Positions 37,401-46,716 are shown, counted from the first letter of the stretch. The stretch is DNA of 64,000 bases from Nibricoccus sp. (GCA_047602425.1 JASGHG010000001.1:3904001-3968000); one strand, 5' to 3'. Translations and numbers: made by a program. The notes: generated from the letters alone by a model not told the origin.

Positions 37401-38024
37401 CTAGATACCCATTCCGTTATTTTTTAGGTCAGCAAGATTGCGCTTAATCCACTCTTTACGATCGCTATCCTGCGTTTGCGCGGGATTGAAATAGAGATCG
37501 TAGAATTTCTCGGCACTGCATGGCAATTGGTCGTATTCCCAAGCGTTGTCTTCGCTATAAATTATTCCGTTTGTTATCTCTGCGAGTGCCGCGGCCAAGA
37601 ATCCATAGCCGAGATTAACTATTGCAGGCTGTCCGGCTGATCGGCGGAAGTACCACCAGCGGCGGGTATTGACGCAGCGCCGAACGTGTGAAGCGATTGA
37701 ACGGGCAGGTTCGTGTACTTTGATTTGCTCTTCCCAACACGCCAAACCCTCCTCGTCCAATATTCTACAATAAGCATCAGAACCGCCGAGTATATCTCCG
37801 AACTGAAACCAGACGTAATTGTCTTCTGGCCAGATCATCGGTGCGTCTCTGCCAATTTCAGATACTTCCTCGTCTTGATTGTGAAGAGTAAAAGTCAGAG
37901 GCGGAATAGTGCCAAGTCCATGTTTGGTCCCAAATTCAGTCAACCGACGATGGGCCAGCATTACCACTTCGGAGAAAATTGGCGGTGTTGTATTTGATGG
38001 GTAAATATCAAATGTAGTCGCCAT
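37401..38024 (-). CDS. Hypothetical protein (AT-rich singleton)
   Basis: ~207-aa ORF filling the gap between convergent tsaD and the aldo/keto reductase; WYFRRSAGQP motif; lower GC. Start may be 38036. Confidence 0.7.
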   Translation of the reverse strand: MATTFDIYPSNTTPPIFSEVVMLAHRRLTEFGTKHGLGTIPPLTFTLHNQDEEVSEIGRDAPMIWPEDNYVWFQFGDILGGSDAYCRILDEEGLACWEEQIKVHEPARSIASHVRRCVNTRRWWYFRRSAGQPAIVNLGYGFLAAALAEITNGIIYSEDNAWEYDQLPCSAEKFYDLYFNPAQTQDSDRKEWIKRNLADLKNNGMGI

Positions 38025-38064
38025 GAATCTCTTCAATTTAGAGAGCGTGTGAGAGGTCTTTTTT

Positions 38065-39066
38065 TTATCCGGCTAGGATTTGTTCGATGGTAGAGAGTTC
38101 GGTGGGGGTGAATGCGAGTTTTTTGATCGCGCCGATGTTGTCGTCGATCTGGCTGACTTTACTGGCGCCGATCAGCGCGGTCGTTACGGCGGGTTGGCGA
38201 AGGACCCAGGCGAGAGCCATTTGGGCGAGGGTCTGGGCGCGGTCTCGGGCGATCTCATCGAGTTGTTTGGTCTTGGTGAGAAGTTCGGGTGTGATGTCGC
38301 CAGCTTTGAGGAAGCGCGGATCGCGGATGGCGCGGGCGTCGGATGGCAGGCCGGCGAAGTAGCGGTTGGTCAGCATGCCCTTGGCCAGCGGAGAGAAAAC
38401 GATGGAGCCGATACCTTCGCGCAGGAGCACGTCGAAGAGTCCGTTTTCGGGCGTGCGTTCGAGCATGCTGTAGCGCGGCTGATGGATGAGGCAGGGTGTG
38501 CCGAGGCGGCGGAGGATGGCGGCGGCTTTGGAGGTTTGCGTGGGGTTGTAGTTGGAAAGGCCGACATAGAGCGCTTTACCGGAACGGACGGCGTGGTCGA
38601 GCGCGCCCATGGTTTCTTCGAGCGGGGTGTCGGGATCGGGGCGATGGCTGTAGAAGATGTCGACGTAGGGTAGACCGAGGCGTTTCAGGCTTTGGTCGAG
38701 GGAGGCGAGGAGATACTTGCGCGAGCCAAAGTTGCCATAGGGGCCGGGCCACATGTCGTAGCCGGCTTTGGTGCTGATGATGAGTTCGTCACGGTGGGCG
38801 GCGAGGTCCTCGCGGAGCACGCGGCCGCAGGTGGACTCGGCGGAGCCGGGAGGCGGGCCATAGTTATTGGCGAGGTCGAAGTGGGTGATCCCAAGGTCGA
38901 AGGCGCGCAGGAGGAGGGCGCGGGAGTTCGTGTAGTCGTCGGTGCCGCCGAAATTGTGCCAAAGGCCGAGGGAGAGCAGCGGGAGTTTGAGGCCGGAGTG
39001 GCCGCAGGTGCGGTAGAGGCCGGGATTGTCGTAACGGGTCGGCGCGGGTTGATAAGGCGAAGACAT
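38065..39066 (-). CDS. Aldo/keto reductase, YghZ/Gpr-like
   Basis: SLGLWHNFG, FDLANNYGPPPGSAE, STKAGYDMWPGPYG, IFYSHR, IHQPRYSM, FSPLAKG. Confidence 0.93.
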   Translation of the reverse strand: MSSPYQPAPTRYDNPGLYRTCGHSGLKLPLLSLGLWHNFGGTDDYTNSRALLLRAFDLGITHFDLANNYGPPPGSAESTCGRVLREDLAAHRDELIISTKAGYDMWPGPYGNFGSRKYLLASLDQSLKRLGLPYVDIFYSHRPDPDTPLEETMGALDHAVRSGKALYVGLSNYNPTQTSKAAAILRRLGTPCLIHQPRYSMLERTPENGLFDVLLREGIGSIVFSPLAKGMLTNRYFAGLPSDARAIRDPRFLKAGDITPELLTKTKQLDEIARDRAQTLAQMALAWVLRQPAVTTALIGASKVSQIDDNIGAIKKLAFTPTELSTIEQILAG

Positions 39067-39223
39067 GAAGCGAACCCTAGGCAGGAATCGCGGGTTGTCG
39101 CGTCGGAATTTGTCGTGACGTCAGATGGGCGGCGTGGCGCGGTAGACGGCGAATTTGTTTTAACAAGAGGGAACGAAGAAAACGGAGAGGGAGCGGCAGG
39201 GGCTGCGGGCTAAACCCGAAAGT

Positions 39224-39254
39224 TTGTCATCTAATGGATGACGAGCGTTGCGAG
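39224..39254. repeat. Dispersed palindrome copy 4
   Basis: TTGTCATCTAATGGATGACGAGCGTTGCGAG; 29/31 identical to 39446-39476. Confidence 0.85.
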
Positions 39255-39445
39255 GACAATCGGTGAAATTTGGTTTTGAGACGAAGGGCGGCGATTCTTT
39301 TCGCGAGAGATGAACTGATAGAAAACGCCGATGGGGCGTGTTTCCGTGCGCGGCTTCGGCCAACGGCCTTCGCGGGGAAATTGTGGCAAATGGCCGATGC
39401 TTTCGAGACAGGCCAAACGCGCCCACTACTACGATGTCGGACGAA

Positions 39446-39476
39446 TTGTCATCTAATGGATGACGAACGTTGTGAG
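39446..39476. repeat. Dispersed palindrome copy 5
   Basis: TTGTCATCTAATGGATGACGAACGTTGTGAG; direct repeat of copy 4, offset by 222 bp. Confidence 0.85.
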
Positions 39477-39551
39477 CGGCGACTATTTGGTACTGGGATT
39501 TCGACGGGAAGTGGGGCAGTGATCGCGGATGCGCGGAGGAGACGGTTGGCG

Positions 39552-42512
39552 CTAGCGATGTGTTTGGGTTTTGGCGGGACGAAGGGCGCGGGCGCTGAGG
39601 AGCAATGCGAGGGCGCCAAGATAAAGGGGGCTGGGGGCGCCGCCCCGGGTGGGCGGAGTGACCGGGCCGGAGGAGGAGCCACTGCTGCTGCTGCTCGACG
39701 AGGAACTGCTGCTGGAGGACGAACTGGAACTGCTCGAGGAGGAACTTGAGCTGCTGGACGACGAACTTGAAGAAGACGACGAGGAACTGGAACCGCTGCT
39801 GGAGCTCGACGACGAGGAGCTGCTGGAAGAACTGGAACTACTGCTGCTGGAGGACGACGAGGAGCTTGATGACGAGGACGAGCTACTGCTGGAGCCGCCG
39901 TAATTAGTTTTGAGCCAGTTGGACTTTTCCCATGTGACGACACCGGCGCCGGCAGCACGGGCGAGAATGCTGGGGAGTATGTCGGGATCGTCCGTCGTAT
40001 AGGTGTAGGGAATGGTTGTGAACGTATTCCAAGAGAATGGGATTATCGGGGCTTGAAAGGGCCCCATGGGGTTGCCGGTATCGGTGCTGGCGCCGCGGAC
40101 AGTGGTCGTCGTACCGTCGGCATTGTGCATGACGTAGATGGTATCGGTGGACAGGATTTTGCCGGTGTAAGTCGGATTAGTGATGTCGGTCTGGTTGTTG
40201 CGCAGCGGGGTAAGGCAGTCCTGATAGATGGATTTTTCGACGAGGATGGCACCACCTTCCGTGGAAATGGAGCCATTGAGGAACGGGTTGAAAGAATACG
40301 TGTTATTAATCGAATTCTGCGCGGAAGTCGTCATGGCGGTGACGCGAGTGTCGCGCAGGCGTTTAGCGACGAGGCTTTTGGTATCGTCGACGAAGATATT
40401 GTAGTTGTGCACTTGGCCGCCGCGAAGACGGGGCACGCAGCGATCCCAGATGTTTTCAAACCACTGATGGTGGAACGTGGCGGAAAGCAGGGCGTTTTCG
40501 GCGTCGAGTTCCGTGGCTCCGAGGAGATGGCACTTATCGTGGCCCTGAATGATCTGGACAATCTCGGCAGAGGAGAAACCGTTATTGCGAAGAAAATTGT
40601 AGAATGTGTAGGAGGCACGGTTGGCTTCGAGGGCGGCGATTTGTTGGCGGACAAAGCTGTCGGCGTTGGTGGCGCCGTCGTCGCCGAGGTAGCGACACCA
40701 CGATAGGGTGACGTACTGCGTACCTTTTTTCATGTCGACAATGCCGTCGTAGGTTTTGGTGAACGTGCAATGGTCGATCCAGATGTTAGAGACAGCGGTG
40801 CCGTTGCTAAGATCGATGAAGTCCCAATCGTTGGAATCGTAGTCCCCTTTGGACGCCTCATCCCATTCCCACATTTCGTCAAAGATCAGGTTGCGGACGA
40901 TGATGTTGGAAGTGCTTTTGATATTAAGGGTCGTGTGGCGGATCGTGGCGCCGTTGGCGGAAAAGATCGTGAGGCCGCCATTCTTGGTGGTGACATCGAT
41001 GAGGCTGACGCCGGTGGCAATGAGTCGCGGATGGAGTTTGGGCGTGGCGTGTGCGCGGAAGTTGCTGAGGGCGAGCGTGGCGGCGTCGACCTCGTTGTAA
41101 CCGAGATCGAGATCGTTCATGACTTCGATCACGCGAACGGCGCCGGCGGTTTTGTTGGAATCGTAGACGGCCTTCACGAAATCGTAAGCGGTATAACATT
41201 TCCTGTAGGTGGCATCTGTTTCGGCAATTTCGCCGCCGCCGGTGGTGCCGGTGCCCTGGGTGGCGAAGCCCTGAAGATTGAAAGCCGAATTGGGCAGAGC
41301 GGGCGCCACGGTGAGCGTGGCGTCGCTGCTGGTGGCGTTGCCGAGACTATTGGTGACAGTAACCTTGTAAGTGCCGGCATCGGCTGCAGTGACGGCTGTG
41401 ATCGTATACTTGGATGCCGTAGCGTTGGGAATAGCGGCATTGTCCTTGTACCACTGGTAGGAGAGCGATGCGTCACCACTGGCGGCGGTGGTAAATGTGG
41501 TATTGTGGCCGCTCATTGTTGTCCGGCTGAGCGGTTGTTTTACGACGAGCGGGACCGCACCGGAAGAGCTGGAGGACGAACTGGAGGATGACGAAGACGA
41601 GGAAGAGCTGGAAGACGATGAGCTTGAGCTGGAAGAGGAAGAACTCGACGAAGAAGAGCTCGAGCTGGAGGAAGAAGAGGATCCCGAGGAAGAGCTACTG
41701 GAACTGGAGGAAGATGAACTGGAGGAAGAGGAGGACGATGATGAACTGGAAGAGCCGCCGCCATTGCTGAGGACGACGGTGAAACCGGTGAGGTTGAGTG
41801 AGCTGACAGCTCCACTGCCACCATTTATGTAAATGGCGAACTCGCTGAAAGAGGTGGGTATGCCGGCGGTAGCGTCGTTGGCCGCTTGGGTGTAGTTGGA
41901 AATTGCGCCGCCGTTGAGGGTGGTAGTGCAGGTGTAGCCAGAGGCGGTGCGGGTGAGGGCGAGGGTAAGGGTGTAAGTAGTATTGGCGGCGAAGGCAGCG
42001 ATTGTGCCGCTGGAGGTGGCGGTGAGATTGGTCCAGCCTGAGGTGCTGGAGAGAAGTTGGTTGACGGTCGTGATGGCGTCGACCGCGAGAGTGCCGCTGG
42101 AGCCGTTGAAATTCAGACCGTAGACGTAACCGATGTCGTCGGTGAAGGACGCGCTGCTGTTAGAGTTTGGGCTGGTGGTGAGCAGGGTGCCGGCGTTGTC
42201 GAAGAGGCCGAAACGAAAGGAATTCGAAGCGGTATTCAGCGTGCCGCCGGTGGTGAAGGTCGCGGTGACGGTGATCGTTTGATCGATAGCGACGGGCGTG
42301 GCGGTGAAGTTGGTGACGAAGGACGAGCCACTGGTTTGGCCTTCGGTGAAGAGCACGCTATGATTGGCGGTGTCGGGCGCAATCGTGTCGGAGTTGCGTG
42401 TTTTTACCCACGTTAGAGCGGATGGATCGCTGACTATGGTTTGAGCGTGGGAAGAAAGTGCGAACGCGAGCGCGGCGGCTGCGGCGGGGAGGAAGCGAAG
42501 ACGGAGGTGCAT
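39552..42512 (-). CDS. Secreted multidomain pectate lyase (PL1) with an Ig-like domain, poly-Ser linkers and a C-terminal sorting signal
   Basis: Signal peptide ending SSHA; GTTGG, NIIVRNL, NIWIDHCTF, DGIVD, VTLSW, RCVPRLRGGQVHNYN; Ig motif YQWYK...DAGTYKV. Confidence 0.9.
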   Translation of the reverse strand: MHLRLRFLPAAAAALAFALSSHAQTIVSDPSALTWVKTRNSDTIAPDTANHSVLFTEGQTSGSSFVTNFTATPVAIDQTITVTATFTTGGTLNTASNSFRFGLFDNAGTLLTTSPNSNSSASFTDDIGYVYGLNFNGSSGTLAVDAITTVNQLLSSTSGWTNLTATSSGTIAAFAANTTYTLTLALTRTASGYTCTTTLNGGAISNYTQAANDATAGIPTSFSEFAIYINGGSGAVSSLNLTGFTVVLSNGGGSSSSSSSSSSSSSSSSSSSSSSSGSSSSSSSSSSSSSSSSSSSSSSSSSSSSSSSSSSSSSSSSGAVPLVVKQPLSRTTMSGHNTTFTTAASGDASLSYQWYKDNAAIPNATASKYTITAVTAADAGTYKVTVTNSLGNATSSDATLTVAPALPNSAFNLQGFATQGTGTTGGGEIAETDATYRKCYTAYDFVKAVYDSNKTAGAVRVIEVMNDLDLGYNEVDAATLALSNFRAHATPKLHPRLIATGVSLIDVTTKNGGLTIFSANGATIRHTTLNIKSTSNIIVRNLIFDEMWEWDEASKGDYDSNDWDFIDLSNGTAVSNIWIDHCTFTKTYDGIVDMKKGTQYVTLSWCRYLGDDGATNADSFVRQQIAALEANRASYTFYNFLRNNGFSSAEIVQIIQGHDKCHLLGATELDAENALLSATFHHQWFENIWDRCVPRLRGGQVHNYNIFVDDTKSLVAKRLRDTRVTAMTTSAQNSINNTYSFNPFLNGSISTEGGAILVEKSIYQDCLTPLRNNQTDITNPTYTGKILSTDTIYVMHNADGTTTTVRGASTDTGNPMGPFQAPIIPFSWNTFTTIPYTYTTDDPDILPSILARAAGAGVVTWEKSNWLKTNYGGSSSSSSSSSSSSSSSSSSSSSSSSSSSSSSSSSGSSSSSSSSSSSSSSSSSSSSSSSSSSSSSSSSSSSSSGSSSGPVTPPTRGGAPSPLYLGALALLLSARALRPAKTQTHR
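39669..39893 (-). repeat. Poly-serine linker (75 codons)
   Basis: Mixed TCN/AGY codons inside the pectate lyase gene. Confidence 0.9.
41562..41753 (-). repeat. Poly-serine linker (64 codons)
   Basis: Mixed TCN/AGY codons inside the pectate lyase gene. Confidence 0.9.
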
Positions 42513-42711
42513 GTGGGTGGGCAGAAATGAAGGCTCTGCAAAACCTGGTGTTTTCCGGATGCGCTGCCTTTAAGTGATGCGGCAGAACAACGGGAAGCTG
42601 GGGTGGGAGGGTGGGGTGGCGTTGGCAGTGCCTCAGGAAAGAATGCACCTGTCAAGACGCGGTTCGGCGTCGTGTCCGAAAATGCCGTTTTAAGCCCGGG
42701 CGCGGCGGAAG

Positions 42712-45700
42712 TTACCAGTCGGAAAGAAAACGATATTGGCCCGAGGCAACGGTGAAGAAGCATTCGTTGCCGGTGCGGGAGATTTCCTGAACCCAAGGAG
42801 ATTTAGTGGAGGCACCTGTAGGGTCGACCAGCTGGGCATTGCGACCGGGCACGCGGATAGTCGCGGTGGCATTGGGCGGAATCTCGACGTGAAGTTCGAA
42901 GCGGCCATCGGCGATCTTCCATTGAACCGTTGCCGAACCATAGGGCGTCTGGTGGCGGGCATTGGCCCAAGTGAGGTCTCCGGTGGGACGCGGTTGGATG
43001 AGGATGTTTTTAAAACCGGGCGCGGCGGGATCGGGAGCGAGTCCGGCGACGTCGGCGTAGAACCACTCGATGATGTGACCGAGCATGAAATGGTTTTGCG
43101 AGGCGTGGCGCTCGGCGTTCCAAGCTTCAGCCAGGCTGGTGCAGCCATGTTCAAGCTGGTAGCCATAGCCGGGTTTTTCCTTCTGGCTATTGATTCGGAA
43201 GATCACATCGGAGCGTCCGGCGTCGGCGAGCGCGCGCAGGAGGTAACGATAACCGATGTCGCCCGCGGTGACGGCGTAGTCACGGGATTCGATGTCGCGG
43301 AGCAAGACGGCTACGACGGCAGGACGTTTTGCCGGTGGCACGAGGTTCAAGACGAGCGGAAGGGATTGGGCGGTTTGCGAGCCGGTGGCATAGGTGGCAG
43401 TGGCGAGATTGAAAAAGGCGCGGTTGAAATCGTCGGCGATCTTCGCGGCCTTTTGCTCGTACGCGGCGGCTTCGTCGGCTTGGCCGAGTTGTTGTGCGAT
43501 CTTTGCGAGCGTTTCAGTGGTATGATAATAAAACGCCGTCGCTGGCAGCGCGATAGGAGTGAGCTGCGGCAAGCCGGGACGATTCGGGCCTTGATCATAC
43601 CAATCACCAAGACCGTGGTTGAGCAGGCCGTTGGGTTGAACCTTGGTGTCAAGATAGGCGAGGTACCGAACCATTGCAGGGTAACAATGACGGAGCACGG
43701 TGTCGTCACCGGTCCATTGGAAATGTTGCCAGGCGGCGAGGACGAGAGCGCTACCCCATTCGGGCGAATCGCGGAAACCGCCATCGAAGATCACAAATTC
43801 CGGCACGATGCTCGGAATCAGCCCGACGGGAGTCTGGGCTTCGAGCATGTCGTCGAAGTTTTTTGAATACAAACGGTCGAGCTCGAATTCGTAACGGAGC
43901 GAAGGGCCGTTGAGGTGATATTGTTCGAGCCAGCCGAGGCGCTCGCGGTGTGGGCAATCGGTGAGGACGTGCGCAAAGTTACTGCGTTGCGCCCAACGGA
44001 CGAGCTCGCGAATGCGGTTGAAAAGCTCGTTCGAACACGAGAACTCGCCGGCGGGTAAAGCATCCGAATGTGCGACGCGGGCAGAGATGGCTTCGATCAC
44101 CGGCAGGGCTTCGGGCGAACTCAGGGGTGCAACGCAACGCACCTCCAGATAGCGGGCCCCATGATAGAAGAAACGCGGATGCCATTCTTCACCATCGGCT
44201 TTGCCGGCGAGCGTGTAGTTCCACGACGCGTCGCCACCACCGGACGAGCCGCGCTCAACCGAACCATCGGCTTTCAGTAATTCAGCGGGCAGAATCTTGA
44301 CGCTCGCGCCGGCCGGGCCACGGACCTTGAGGTCGAGCATGAGCGAGGCATTTTGTCCCAGGTCGTAAACGGTTACGCCGGGCTTGAGCTCTTTTGTCGA
44401 AATGGGATTGAGGGTTTCGAAAAGCTTGAAGGGTGGAGAAGCATGGGAGAAACCGCGAAGCGCACCGGCGGGAGCGTGTGGATTGACGACGGCGGAGCTC
44501 CATTTTCCGTCGTCGAAACCCGGTTGATTCCAGCCATCGATCGCGCGGCGTGCATCGAAATCCTCGCCGCTGTACATGGAGGCGAGGACGGTGGGGCCGG
44601 GGGCAAGACGCCAGGTATTGTCGGTGGGGATAGTTTCGACAAAGCCACCGTCGTATTCGAGGCGAACGAGTCCTTTGGCGGTGAGGGCGTGAAAGCTGGT
44701 GGCAAATTTGTTGTAGCGTTTTGGTGCCACCTGCACGTTGTACATTCCGCCAGCGAGGCTTAGGCCGATGGTATTGCGTTTGGTCGGTTGGAGGAGGTTG
44801 GTGATATCGTAGGTTTCGTAAAGGCAGGTTTTTTCGGTGTCGGTCCAGCCTGGCGTGAGCAAGCCTTCGGTGACTGGCCGGCCGTTAACCGTAACCTGAC
44901 AACTGCCTTGTCCGCTCACATGAACGATGGCGCGGCGCAGACGCGGACGGACGAGGAAATCGCGACGCAGGAGTAAGGTATCGGAAGAGCGCGGATTGAC
45001 GCCGGGGAGGCCGAGCCCATCGGTCACAGCGGCGGCAGCAAAAGGCGGTTTTTCAATGCTATCGCTGGCGGTGACCTTGGCCCCGGCGGCAATATTGCGA
45101 TCACCGGAATAAACGACGATCTGGCTGAGCCCGAGGCAATGGACGCCGCCGATGTCGCGCAGTTTGGTGGCGGTCAGGCGTAGGTAGCGCGCGGATACAT
45201 TTTTGACCGGAAAATCGAGCCGGCGAAACCAGATGTTAGGCGGTGTGACCGTGTGATCGGCGAGGGTGACGGCGCCAGCCATGTCGGCGGAAGAGGACGC
45301 CTCGATTTTAAAATAGTAGGGGAAGCCGAGGCGTTCGCTGACGCCCTGTTCGAGGGCGAGAAGGTGCACGGAGTCGATGGACTGGTCGGCGCCGAGATCG
45401 ATTTGGATCCATTTGGTGGTTTCGGCGCGGGGGGCTTCCTCGGAACGATAGCCGATGGCCGGCCGGACCCATTTGAGCAAATCGGGATCGGTGATCCATT
45501 GGGCTCCGCACCAATCTTTTTCGGTGAGAAGACCCATCGTGAACGTCGCGGTTTTGCTCCAAGCAGTTGGTTTTCCTTTGCGATCCCAAAGCTGGACCTT
45601 CCAAAAAATCTGCTGGCTGGAGGCGAGGAGCTTTCCTTTCCAGGAAAGATTAATGCAATCGGCCGAGTTGATTTTGCCGGTATCCCAGAGGTCGCCGCGG

Positions 45701-45933
45701 TCTTGTTCTAGCATCCCGGCGGAACTGGAGGCTATGATACGGTAAGCAGTTTGAAGCTGGCCGGGCTCGTCGGATTGCATCTGCCAGCTCAAGTGCGGGG
45801 AAGGGGAATCGACCCCCAAGGGGTCGGTGCCGGAATCGCAACGAAGCACAACAGGCAGAACGGCCGCGCCGGCGTTGAGGTGGAGAGTGAAACAAGCCAG
45901 AATGAAGAAGAGCTTCGAGGCGCGCATTTTCAT
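42712..45933 (-). CDS. Alpha-L-rhamnosidase, GH78 family, with an inserted F5/8-type (CBM32-like) module
   Basis: Start taken at MKMRASK with a signal peptide. LTPGWTD, YDLGQN, TDCPHRERLGW, GLGDW, EAWN, SQNHFMLG; insert WIQIDLG...ARYLRL. Confidence 0.92.
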   Translation of the reverse strand: MKMRASKLFFILACFTLHLNAGAAVLPVVLRCDSGTDPLGVDSPSPHLSWQMQSDEPGQLQTAYRIIASSSAGMLEQDRGDLWDTGKINSADCINLSWKGKLLASSQQIFWKVQLWDRKGKPTAWSKTATFTMGLLTEKDWCGAQWITDPDLLKWVRPAIGYRSEEAPRAETTKWIQIDLGADQSIDSVHLLALEQGVSERLGFPYYFKIEASSSADMAGAVTLADHTVTPPNIWFRRLDFPVKNVSARYLRLTATKLRDIGGVHCLGLSQIVVYSGDRNIAAGAKVTASDSIEKPPFAAAAVTDGLGLPGVNPRSSDTLLLRRDFLVRPRLRRAIVHVSGQGSCQVTVNGRPVTEGLLTPGWTDTEKTCLYETYDITNLLQPTKRNTIGLSLAGGMYNVQVAPKRYNKFATSFHALTAKGLVRLEYDGGFVETIPTDNTWRLAPGPTVLASMYSGEDFDARRAIDGWNQPGFDDGKWSSAVVNPHAPAGALRGFSHASPPFKLFETLNPISTKELKPGVTVYDLGQNASLMLDLKVRGPAGASVKILPAELLKADGSVERGSSGGGDASWNYTLAGKADGEEWHPRFFYHGARYLEVRCVAPLSSPEALPVIEAISARVAHSDALPAGEFSCSNELFNRIRELVRWAQRSNFAHVLTDCPHRERLGWLEQYHLNGPSLRYEFELDRLYSKNFDDMLEAQTPVGLIPSIVPEFVIFDGGFRDSPEWGSALVLAAWQHFQWTGDDTVLRHCYPAMVRYLAYLDTKVQPNGLLNHGLGDWYDQGPNRPGLPQLTPIALPATAFYYHTTETLAKIAQQLGQADEAAAYEQKAAKIADDFNRAFFNLATATYATGSQTAQSLPLVLNLVPPAKRPAVVAVLLRDIESRDYAVTAGDIGYRYLLRALADAGRSDVIFRINSQKEKPGYGYQLEHGCTSLAEAWNAERHASQNHFMLGHIIEWFYADVAGLAPDPAAPGFKNILIQPRPTGDLTWANARHQTPYGSATVQWKIADGRFELHVEIPPNATATIRVPGRNAQLVDPTGASTKSPWVQEISRTGNECFFTVASGQYRFLSDW

Positions 45934-46011
45934 AAAAGGGCTAGACTGGAGGTCCCAGGGACGGTTCCGCAAAGCCAAACTCCCGTGACAGTTCGAGGCG
46001 GTTTTGTTTCC

Positions 46012-46027
46012 GGGGAAGCGGTTCCCC
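46012..46027. promoter_or_regulatory. LacI-family-like operator candidate
   Basis: GGGGAAGCGGTTCCCC, an imperfect palindrome with an AAnCGnTT core, about 80 bp upstream of the rhamnosidase start. Confidence 0.4.
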
Positions 46028-46110
46028 TGGCTGGAGGCAAGCGCGGAAAACGGAGGGGCAGGCGATTTCGTGATTCCCGCCAGCACCGCGGGGCGTATAG
46101 TGGCGGGCTG

Positions 46111-46713
46111 ATGTTTACCGGAATCATCGAAGAAACAGGTCGTGTAGAGAGTTTCGTGCAAGGCGCGAACTCGTGGCGTCTGCGCATCGCGGCGAAAGCT
46201 GTGCTGCAAAATCTGGCGCTCGGCGACAGCATCGCGGTCAATGGCTGCTGTCTCACCGCGACGAAATTCGACGCGGGCATACTTGAATTCGATGTATTGG
46301 AAGAATCGCGACGGCTGACGAATTTCTCCACGATCGGTGCCGGTGCGGCGGTGAATTTGGAGCGTAGTCTGCGGTTCGACGGCAAGGTCGGCGGGCACTT
46401 TGTGACCGGTCATGTCGATGGATTGGGAAAAATCGAGATCTTTGAACAGCGCGGCAAAGACCATTTTCTCAAGATCCGTGGACCGCTCGGTTGCGGACGT
46501 TATCTGGTGCACAAGGGCAGTATCGCGATCGACGGCATCTCGCTCACGGTCGCGGAGACAGAGGGTGACACGCTTGCGGTATGGCTGATCCCCCATACAA
46601 TCGCCGTGACAAACCTTCATACAAAATGCGCGGGCGGCCTGGTAAATTTGGAGTTCGACTTGTTAGGCAAGTATGCGGAAAAGCTGCTTGCCCCCCGCAT
46701 TCCCGTTGCTTGA
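46111..46713 (+). CDS. ribE: Riboflavin synthase (alpha chain)
   Basis: Canonical N-terminus MFTGIIEE; GDSIAVNGCCLT, VNLER, GGHFVTGHVDG, KGSIAIDGISLT. Confidence 0.97.
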   Translation: MFTGIIEETGRVESFVQGANSWRLRIAAKAVLQNLALGDSIAVNGCCLTATKFDAGILEFDVLEESRRLTNFSTIGAGAAVNLERSLRFDGKVGGHFVTGHVDGLGKIEIFEQRGKDHFLKIRGPLGCGRYLVHKGSIAIDGISLTVAETEGDTLAVWLIPHTIAVTNLHTKCAGGLVNLEFDLLGKYAEKLLAPRIPVA

Positions 46714-46716
46714 ACC

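Noticed and set aside
39224..39476. Possible CRISPR array
   Set aside because: Only two repeats, about 190 bp apart, and no cas genes in the window.
39649..41832. Glu/Asp/Leu-rich plus-strand ORFs (39649-39903, 41488-41832)
   Set aside because: They are reverse-complement readings of the poly-Ser linkers.
45934..46110. FMN riboswitch upstream of ribE
   Set aside because: The conserved RFN sequence blocks are not visible. An Infernal scan would settle it.
45934..46620. 229-aa N-terminal extension of the rhamnosidase ORF
   Set aside because: It overlaps ribE on the opposite strand, and the signal peptide starts at 45933.
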